Shown one piece after another: positions 52,660 through 60,431 of a stretch of DNA of 64,000 nt; within the stretch, counting starts at the first letter, position 1; the number at the start of each line of letters is the position of its first letter. A program made the translations under genes and the position numbers. Location of the stretch: positions 461,508-525,507 of the forward strand of contig RDOB01000004.1 in assembly GCA_011364965.1 (NCBI GenBank). The letters are read 5' to 3'. Below the pieces are notes generated by a model. That model was not told the DNA's origin and did no database searches. It saw nothing but the letters and a program-made list of their open reading frames with translations. The DNA is from Candidatus Heimdallarchaeota archaeon. GTDB lineage: Archaea > Asgardarchaeota > Heimdallarchaeia > Hodarchaeales > Hodarchaeaceae.

Positions 52660-53223
52660 ATGCGAGACTTGATGACTATGGAAGAGTATTTCAGAACCAT
52701 CTGTATAGTGGGAACCTCAGAAAAAGCTACAAAAGGGGTAATCCAATGGAATGAGGTCTGGGGAAACGTTGCTTCAACAAAAGTGGGGGTGAATATCGCC
52801 ACTCAGCGTATCCAAATTGATGATAAGTCCGTGATAATATTTCTTTTCGCATTTGAAAAAAACTGGATGCCAGTAGCTCGAACTCAGCGATATGCTTTAA
52901 CAAGTGCTGTTGTGATTGCATTTGATAAGGGAGATAGCAAGGCACTTGATTCAATCCAGAATGTAATAGAAGAAATAAAGCAAAGTCAGAAGAAGCGAAC
53001 AGAATATGTGGAAGCACGAGCTTTCCCCAGTGCTTTCCCCCCTCGAGAGCATCCACCTATGGCATTGATGGGATTTCGCACCGAAAGAGAAGAAATATCA
53101 ACCTACAAGGGAGAACAATTAGCAGAAACACACGGGATAGCATATTATGAAGGCAAACTAGCAGAGAAAGAAATGCTTAATACCATCATCAGGGATATGA
53201 TACGGGAATCATTCCGCCAATAG
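52660..53223 (+). CDS. Rab-like pseudo-GTPase
   Basis: TICIVG, STKVGVNI, AVVIAFD, PMALMG, GEQLAE.HGIAYYE. Confidence 0.75.
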   Translation: MRDLMTMEEYFRTICIVGTSEKATKGVIQWNEVWGNVASTKVGVNIATQRIQIDDKSVIIFLFAFEKNWMPVARTQRYALTSAVVIAFDKGDSKALDSIQNVIEEIKQSQKKRTEYVEARAFPSAFPPREHPPMALMGFRTEREEISTYKGEQLAETHGIAYYEGKLAEKEMLNTIIRDMIRESFRQ

Positions 53224-53401
53224 AATTTTGATTAGTACACATGGAAAGGATAAACGAAATTCGACTTCTGAAAAAGAATCTACAGCGTACCTGCTGAAGA
53301 TTAGTATCATTGGCGAGAATTCTGATTAAAGAAACAAGGGAGAGAAAATCCAATAGAGATCGTTTACATTCAAAAAACAAAAAATAAGTTGAATATGCGT
53401 C

Positions 53402-53530
53402 CAACGAACGTACAGACATCAGAGCAAGAGCCAAAACAAGAACTAATCTGAAATACCGCTTCTACAGCTACCTGACGAGGGATCATCTCAATTTCCACAC
53501 GGTTAGCCCTCCTGCGGTTAGGGACAGCTA
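53402..53530 (-). repeat. 23S-3'-end/trailer repeat copy contiguous with the 23S fragment
   Basis: caacgaacgtacagacatcagag...ctcaatttccacacggttagccctcctgcggttagggacagcta. Confidence 0.94.
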
Positions 53531-53830
53531 GCTAAGCATGTCGGCCGAAGCCTCCACGCGTACACTACTGTTCTATCAACGAGGTCTTCTACCTCAGCAG
53601 TCGTCTACTCGCACATAGTTGTCGTCGCTGACCCCACTGGCCATTTGGCTACGAGCAGAGTGGATGGCTCTTTTCGAGGGGCGTTTCGCGCTTAGATGCA
53701 TTCAGCGCCTATCGCGTAGCGCGTGGCGGCCGGGCAGTGCCCTTCCGGACAACCCGTAGACTAGAGGCGCCCATGCCCTGTTCCTCTCGTACTAAGAGCA
53801 CGTTCCTCTCAACCATCCGACACGTCCAAC
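53501..53830 (-). rRNA. 23S rRNA 3' fragment (domain VI only, ~330 nt)
   Basis: Minus strand has AGTACGAGAGGAAC (sarcin-ricin loop, 53780-53793), GCTGAATGCATCTAAGC, GTAGAAGAC..GTTGATAG and the H94 pairing GGATGGTT/AGCCATCC; sequence upstream is not rRNA. Confidence 0.93.
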
Positions 53831-54120
53831 GAAGAAAGTTTGAGATATGATCAGTAAATCTTTCTGATCATCAGGTAATTTATTCACAAGAAGAACGCTA
53901 TTTTAAATTTTGGCAACTAGAAAGGTCATAATTCAGCACTTTAAGTGATTTAATCACATATTGCTAGTGCAAATTTATTACTTAACTTTGAATATCCCAA
54001 ATACTCACTTATTTGATATTTTACGTTCTTCTCTAAGAATTACACAGATACAATATTTTATAAGGAATGAAATCCCATTAGACTTCTTGATTTATTAGCG
54101 ACTTATTAGGCGGGATAGAA

Positions 54121-54798
54121 TTGCTAAAAAATGAAGAAGAAGTTCATCAAGAGGTTCCCTCAATCCAATTCAAGAAAGTACTGTATTGGATTGTAATTAT
54201 TTTAAGCGGGTATCTATTGTACTATCTCAGCCTGGGACTCTGGTCAGTAATTCATTATATAGTTAATTCTGGATTTCAACTTGAAGCTGTTTTTACAGGT
54301 CTAGTTTGGTTCCCAGCAGTAATCTTTGGGTGGATAATGATATCAAGTGGATGGTATATCTCCCCCACTTACTTTTCGTTGATCACGACTCTTTTATGGG
54401 AGATAGGTTGGTTTGGAGGGTTATGGCTTATATATCGTAAGAAGGAAAACCTTCCTGATGCAAAGTTAGCCATAGGTACTATTTTATTCTTTCTGAGTGC
54501 TATTATTGTAGTCGTTTTTGGAAAAGAGTTCTTTGGTTTATATACTTCATTCCTGATGCTTTTACACCTAGATCCGCTAATTTATACTGGGGCAGTGGAT
54601 AGAATAGGGTTTTACTGGCTTCTCCCGCTCTGGCTTCTGAGTTGGAGTTTTTTCTGGTTGAAGATATTTCCTCAATTCAACTCAGAGGAGAAATTACTCC
54701 ATAAAAAATCATTTCTTCTCTGGGTAGCATGGTTCCTTCTTCTTCACCTTATTTTATGGATATATACTATACCGTATTTCAACCTGAGCAGCTGGTAG
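54121..54798 (+). CDS. Membrane protein, 'MLKNEE' paralog family
   Basis: Paralog of 7155 and 21528. Confidence 0.8.
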   Translation: MLKNEEEVHQEVPSIQFKKVLYWIVIILSGYLLYYLSLGLWSVIHYIVNSGFQLEAVFTGLVWFPAVIFGWIMISSGWYISPTYFSLITTLLWEIGWFGGLWLIYRKKENLPDAKLAIGTILFFLSAIIVVVFGKEFFGLYTSFLMLLHLDPLIYTGAVDRIGFYWLLPLWLLSWSFFWLKIFPQFNSEEKLLHKKSFLLWVAWFLLLHLILWIYTIPYFNLSSW

Positions 54799-54977
54799 AG
54801 TTCAAATTCATACCATTACGAATGTTATTGAGCAATATCACACATGAGGTCTTTTAGGCATGAAAAAGGTTCTCTATCGCCTTCATTTTGATTTCTGTTG
54901 ATAGAAAACTTTATATATTTGTTTTCTTAAGTATTTTGAATGAATTTGGGTGAACCCAAATCCCAGAGGGTTATAAA

Positions 54978-56714
54978 ATGGAAATAAAAAATCTCAAGAA
55001 CAAAACCAATATATTATCTCTCATATTGGCGTTTAGCTTATTTTATGGCAGTTTTGTCAATGAAACGGAAGTTACGGGAGATATAGAGCCGACAGAAAAG
55101 ATTGTGTTAATCGATGGAGCAAATGACCAAGCAAGTGGACTTTATCAAGAAATTTTAGCCTTGGAGATTTCATTCTCCCGATTGGTTATAAATGAGAAAA
55201 ACGATCTGCCTAAAATAGCACTGAAAACTGGAAGTATTGTAATTCTAATCTCTCATGGTACAGAAGAAGGACTTCTTGTAGGCAAAGATATTATTTATTG
55301 GAAGGATGATTTAGCGCTAAACCTAGCAAACTTTTCTCCTAGTTGTCTTTTTGTGGTTTCCTGTTATTCTTGGTATTTTGAAGACTATTTTCCATATGAA
55401 TACAGTTTATACACAGTTCCTTACAACATGGATGCCGGGATAGCAGCTTCCTGGACATTAATTAATTTATTAGAGGAGCAATATGTGAATAACAATATCG
55501 ATTGTTTTTCTAATGTACAGGATCTCCTCAAACATCAAGAATATCTTATGAACAAGAGTAATCAACGTTTTAAAGTAATCTCTCAGGATCCTAGAAAGTT
55601 TCTTCCTCTTAGCAATGAATTATCTACCGCTTACTCTCATCTTGATGATGTTCTTGGATCTGATTCTAATGGTTATCCCATAGACTATTGGGTATATGAT
55701 AATACTCAATACAAGGGATATAATCAATATGGAACTTATGTTGATGATGGGGTTTGGGAGAATGAAGGAAATAATGCTATAAATATCATTTGGTATAACT
55801 TCACGAGTGCAGAAGTTTATTACGGATTTGGAAAATTTCAATGGGTAGATGGATGGGGTCTAATACCTTCTCCTCCTTTTTGTAGTATTAATTATATGCG
55901 GGGTAGTTCAAGTTATATTGCTAATAATCATGATGTAGCAGCAATGACTCTCAATTATTATTGGCATTGTCGACTTTTTGATTTATCAGATGAAAATTTG
56001 AATATAATTGTAGGTCAATGTCACAAGTCTATTTTCACCATCGAATATCCTTATCATGCTTGGGGTTACTATGAGGAGGTAGAAGACTATCTAGTTGATA
56101 AATGGGATGGGTTGACCCATAATGGATGTGGATATACTGCATACGCAATCGAGACTTATCCTCAGACGTGGAGGCACAGAGGGGACACAAACCATCCCTC
56201 TCCACCTGATGGCGATTGGGATGCGTACGATTTTCAAGATGGAATCTGCGTATTTATCACGAAATTTGATATGAGCGCAGATAATGATGTGGATGATGAT
56301 GGATATTCGAATTTAGATGAACTTACTTCTTATAAAAGTGATCCATGGGATGCGTATGATAGATTTTGGGATGTTAAAGGCGTAGCCCCTCCTATTGCAT
56401 TTGGGACATACATTCAAGATTATATTGAATCTGGAGATGTTGATTGGTATAAGTTTAGTCAAGCTAGTGCAGATGAATTCACTTTATATGTAATGGTAGA
56501 AACTTACGCTACTATTGTTATCAGACTTTATTCGGGAACAGGACCAAGTTTAACTTTACGAAAAACCTGGACCAAAGCTCCCGGGACAGGTTTAATATAT
56601 TCTTGGGATCCTCAAAGCACAGGCTGGGGTAATAGTTACTTCGTGAAAATCACCTATTCTAGCGGGTCCTGGCAAGGGGAATATCAGACCAAGGTGACCT
56701 ATTCCGCTTCTTAG
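54978..56714 (+). CDS. Secreted multidomain protein (possible caspase/CHAT-like N-domain, Ca-binding DxDxDG repeat, PPC-like C-domain)
   Basis: Signal peptide; ILISHG...VVSCYS; DVDDDGYSNLDE...SDP; GDVDWYKF. Confidence 0.65.
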   Translation: MEIKNLKNKTNILSLILAFSLFYGSFVNETEVTGDIEPTEKIVLIDGANDQASGLYQEILALEISFSRLVINEKNDLPKIALKTGSIVILISHGTEEGLLVGKDIIYWKDDLALNLANFSPSCLFVVSCYSWYFEDYFPYEYSLYTVPYNMDAGIAASWTLINLLEEQYVNNNIDCFSNVQDLLKHQEYLMNKSNQRFKVISQDPRKFLPLSNELSTAYSHLDDVLGSDSNGYPIDYWVYDNTQYKGYNQYGTYVDDGVWENEGNNAINIIWYNFTSAEVYYGFGKFQWVDGWGLIPSPPFCSINYMRGSSSYIANNHDVAAMTLNYYWHCRLFDLSDENLNIIVGQCHKSIFTIEYPYHAWGYYEEVEDYLVDKWDGLTHNGCGYTAYAIETYPQTWRHRGDTNHPSPPDGDWDAYDFQDGICVFITKFDMSADNDVDDDGYSNLDELTSYKSDPWDAYDRFWDVKGVAPPIAFGTYIQDYIESGDVDWYKFSQASADEFTLYVMVETYATIVIRLYSGTGPSLTLRKTWTKAPGTGLIYSWDPQSTGWGNSYFVKITYSSGSWQGEYQTKVTYSAS

Positions 56715-56884
56715 CTGATTATTCATGCGAAAGATTTTCCTCTTCTTCCCTTTCTTTTTTTCCTTGATCAAAAAAGCAAATTTCGAGAAAAAAATAGCTT
56801 AAAACAGAGTGTCTTAACAAGAAGATACGCTTCACTTCCTTCATTTAGAGAAAAATAGAGGAAGGCGTGCAAAAGGTGTGAAAA

Positions 56885-57610
56885 TTGGTGTTTCAGCAGG
56901 AAATTGATTTACTCGTTGAAGAAACAAAGCAAATCGATCCCAAAACAATTATTTACCTAGCTGGATCTTATGCTCGTGGATCACCGAAAAGAAATTCAGA
57001 TATTGATCTCCTTATCATCCATGCTGAAATAGAACAGCTCAAAAAACGATTGTTTGAACTATTCAAAGATAATTATCCGATTTTTTGGAATAAATTGGAT
57101 ATAAAACTTTTTACAGAAAAGGGTTTGAGAAAAGCTACACAGACCGAATATTTCATGATTTATTGTAATATTACTTATGGTAAATGCTTAGTCGGAACTC
57201 CTCTAAAACTCAAATTGATACCCGAATTGATAATGCAGGAGATAAACACTTGGGAAGCCAAATTAAATGAGATAGATGACTACCTTGAAGCTCAAATTGA
57301 TTATGAGGCTTTAGCTGGCTTACTATTCGCAATAGGTAAACAACTAAGCTTTATCGAGACAGTTTTGACAGGAAAACGACAATCAATGAAAGACATTTTT
57401 CAGGCTGATACAAGAATGCTGGGACGGAGTTATGAAAAACGGTTAACAGCTAAAAAGCAATTTCAATCATCCTTTTCAGATGAAATAACCCTTAATCCTC
57501 GGGTCAGTAAAGCTGGCGATTTTACACGGTTGAAAGCGGTAAGCACCCAGTTACACTCCTACATTTCTGATCTAAGGAGAGATTTCGACCTCCAATGGCA
57601 ATATGAATGA
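56885..57610 (+). CDS. Pol-beta-like nucleotidyltransferase domain protein
   Basis: IYLAGSYARG...SDIDLLII, LDIK. Confidence 0.85.
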   Translation: MVFQQEIDLLVEETKQIDPKTIIYLAGSYARGSPKRNSDIDLLIIHAEIEQLKKRLFELFKDNYPIFWNKLDIKLFTEKGLRKATQTEYFMIYCNITYGKCLVGTPLKLKLIPELIMQEINTWEAKLNEIDDYLEAQIDYEALAGLLFAIGKQLSFIETVLTGKRQSMKDIFQADTRMLGRSYEKRLTAKKQFQSSFSDEITLNPRVSKAGDFTRLKAVSTQLHSYISDLRRDFDLQWQYE

Positions 57611-57688
57611 GGAAAGCAAACCTAAACCTCGACAATTCTAACGAGTCCAGAAGACATAAAGACATACCAAAAAGGAATAAAGAATCCT

Positions 57689-57835
57689 CAACGCACGTAC
57701 AGACATCAAATCACGCGCCAAATTGTATGAATATCTCTCTTGCTGCTTCTATCGCTATCTCTCGAGGGATTTTCCCATAGAACTCAATTTCCCCACTATT
57801 TACTAAATAGTTACCCTCCTGCGGTTTAGGACAGC
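57689..57835 (-). repeat. 23S-3'-end/trailer repeat copy
   Basis: caacgcacgtacagacatcaaatcacgcgcca...ctcaatttcc...ccctcctgcggtttaggacagc. Confidence 0.92.
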
Positions 57836-57919
57836 TGCTATCATATACAAAGAATGTATTAATCCCAGTCAAATTCGAAAGAGAAATAAAAGGAATCAGC
57901 ATAAACACTCTGCTATTTG

Positions 57920-58258
57920 CACGGAAATACCTGATCAGTAAGGATTAAAGAGTATTATGTGGAATTTTCTAATAATAAACTCTATTTTGTACTTTAAATT
58001 CTAATTTAAAGTCCATTTAAAGTTTTAAGTGATCTAGTTAAATATTTTAATTGCATATTTTATTCCTTTTTTGAATCTTGCAAAGAATCACTAAATTGGT
58101 ATTTTACGTTCTTTTCTAAGAATTACATAGATGGTATATTTTATAAGGAATAAAATTTCATTAGGCTTCTTGATTTGTTAGTAACGTTTTAGGTGGGATA
58201 GATTTGCTGAAAAATAAGGAAGGAGATCGCTAAAGCTTCTATTCGATCCAATTCCAAA
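57920..58258 (+). pseudogene. Upstream region plus truncated 5' end of a 'MLKNEE' paralog
   Basis: Matches ~6866-7200; ttgctgaaaaataaggaaggagatcgctaa stops after 9 codons. Confidence 0.75.
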
Positions 58259-58335
58259 CAGAAAATGTGATCTTAGACTTGAATTTTTTTCATCAAAATT
58301 GAGAATCAAATATAAAAAAGAGTGAGGATGATCAA

Positions 58336-58632
58336 ATGGAGGATGAAATCACTCAAAACTGCGTCTATGAGAAACTATCAATTCTTCTAAGTGGTAAGAA
58401 TAGAAAAAGGGTATTCTTAGTATTAAATGGGAAAATTATGACAGCTAGTGAAATTGCAGAGGCAATTGGTGTAAAATTGCCTTCTATCTGTCGAACTCTA
58501 AAATTTCTTGTAGAAAAGAATATTCTTGAGTGTTTTATATCCAAACATGGAAATGTGAAGTTGTATAAAATTCCTAGTGAAAGCACTGTCCTAATGCAGT
58601 ATCTTATCCAGTCAAGCAACGGAACACAATAA
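58336..58632 (+). CDS. Winged-HTH transcriptional regulator
   Basis: R.RV...L....MTASEIAEAIG...SICRTLKFL. Confidence 0.8.
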   Translation: MEDEITQNCVYEKLSILLSGKNRKRVFLVLNGKIMTASEIAEAIGVKLPSICRTLKFLVEKNILECFISKHGNVKLYKIPSESTVLMQYLIQSSNGTQ

Positions 58633-58657
58633 TCTATATTTGAATCTAAAACATTAC

Positions 58658-59347
58658 TTAACTAATCATCCGAAGGTTACCATATTCTAGAAGATACAGA
58701 TCAGCAGAACTCTGACTTAGATCTATTCGTGTTTCATGTGTAAAGATTACTAGGATGTGTTTTGTATCATTAATTAGTTGGGTCAATAGATTCCAAATTT
58801 CTGTTGCATTCTCAAAATCTAAACGTCCTGTAGGTTCATCTACAAGAGTGATCTGAGGATCAGTGATCAAAGCTCGAGCTATTGCTATTCGTTGTTTTTC
58901 TCCTCCCGATAACTCTTTAGGGAAATACCTTGATCTATTTGTTAGATTTATTGTCTCTAAAATAGTGCTAATTTTCTTTCGACGGGTCTTAAGATCCTTT
59001 ATCCCATGAATTAACAGCATGTGATCTAAATTTTCTTCAACCGTGAGGTTTTTGATTAAAGCAAAGTTCTGAAAAACAAATCCTATATATTTTCTTCGTA
59101 GAAGATACCTATCTTGAACGGACATATTTGAAAGACTTTGATCATTGAAATATATCTCACCTTGACTAGGAATATCAATTGCCCCTATAAGTGAAAGTAG
59201 AGTACTTTTACCGCTTCCAGAAGGCCCCACGATTATTATTTGATCCCCTTGCTTGATTTTAAGATTAATTCCATGGAGAGCATAGATTAGATTCCCTCCA
59301 GGGTTGAAAGTTTTTGATATATTTCTCAATTCTATTGTGTGAATCAT
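58658..59347 (-). CDS. ABC transporter ATP-binding protein (LolD-like)
   Basis: GPSGSGKST, LSGGEKQR, VDEPTG. Confidence 0.93.
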   Translation of the reverse strand: MIHTIELRNISKTFNPGGNLIYALHGINLKIKQGDQIIIVGPSGSGKSTLLSLIGAIDIPSQGEIYFNDQSLSNMSVQDRYLLRRKYIGFVFQNFALIKNLTVEENLDHMLLIHGIKDLKTRRKKISTILETINLTNRSRYFPKELSGGEKQRIAIARALITDPQITLVDEPTGRLDFENATEIWNLLTQLINDTKHILVIFTHETRIDLSQSSADLYLLEYGNLRMIS

Positions 59348-59354
59348 TTCACTA

Positions 59355-60431
59355 TTATTCCTTATTACCCTTTAGAATTAGGGTGTTTTTAAGTGGTGAT
59401 TTTTGAGCTGTATAGTTTTCATAGGAAATTAGCTTACGTAAGCGTTTGGGAATCAAAAGCTTTCCATCAGGATTAAGATAACAAATATATTTTTTACGGT
59501 GACTTATCTCTTGTGTTTTGTACTCATTAAGTTCAATTAAGTCCTCTTTAATGTCCATTTGGACAAGATTTACGGATTTAAGGAATACATTAGGAGGGAG
59601 AGTAAGATGAGTTTTTTTATTTATAATAGTACATTTTTCACCTAAGCTATTCTTTTTATTTGGATTTATTGGAAAAATTAGTCCTTTCGTCAAATGATAA
59701 AATCGGTCTGCAAAATCGGCAATAAAAGGATTATGACTCGATATGAATATTGTCATCCGTGTAGCATCTTGAATCTTCTTCAATACTTCTAAAATCCGCC
59801 TTGTGGAAGTAAAATCTTGATCAGCGAAAGGTTCATCTAAAAATAGTATAGAAGGCTGCGCTGCAATTGCAATAGCTATTCCTAGCCGTTGTAATTCTCC
59901 TCCAGAAAGAAGTAAAGGGGGGATATTGTGTCTATGCGTTAGATTAAAGCTATTTAATAATTCATGAATTTTTCTCCTTTTTTGTGTTTGAGTTAGATCC
60001 AATCCTTTCAAGGGGATTAGGAGATTCCTAGAAATTGACCTAGAAAATATAATATTATCTGCTGGATACTGAAATACAATCCCAATTTGTTTGTACAAAC
60101 TTACTTTCTCATTCACAGTAAATTCTGTTACTTCCTTTTGATTGATCTTGTAACTTCCTGTTGTAATCTCTTTCTGAAGTGTTAAAATGTCTATTAACGT
60201 GGTTTTACCGCTTCCACTCGCACCATATAATATAATAGTTTCTCCAGAGTTAGAATTGATATCTAGGTCTATTCCCCGTAATACTAATGTTTTTATTCCT
60301 GAAGAGGTTTCCAAATAAATTTTTGAAACATCAGTACATTTAAACTCCAACATACTACATCTTCCTAATTTCGAGATATAAATTCTGGTTTCTATATATT
60401 CCAAGCTTAAAGGGAATACTAAGTAAAGCAC
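59355..60431 (-). CDS. ABC transporter ATP-binding protein (probable start near MLEFK) with C-terminal extension
   Basis: GASGSGKTT, LSGGELQR, FLDEP, SSH. Confidence 0.88.
   Translation of the reverse strand: MLYLVFPLSLEYIETRIYISKLGRCSMLEFKCTDVSKIYLETSSGIKTLVLRGIDLDINSNSGETIILYGASGSGKTTLIDILTLQKEITTGSYKINQKEVTEFTVNEKVSLYKQIGIVFQYPADNIIFSRSISRNLLIPLKGLDLTQTQKRRKIHELLNSFNLTHRHNIPPLLLSGGELQRLGIAIAIAAQPSILFLDEPFADQDFTSTRRILEVLKKIQDATRMTIFISSHNPFIADFADRFYHLTKGLIFPINPNKKNSLGEKCTIINKKTHLTLPPNVFLKSVNLVQMDIKEDLIELNEYKTQEISHRKKYICYLNPDGKLLIPKRLRKLISYENYTAQKSPLKNTLILKGNKE

Noticed and set aside
53501-53830. Complete rRNA gene or operon
   Set aside because: Only domain VI is present; no peptidyl-transferase region, 16S, 5S or tRNA was recognised.
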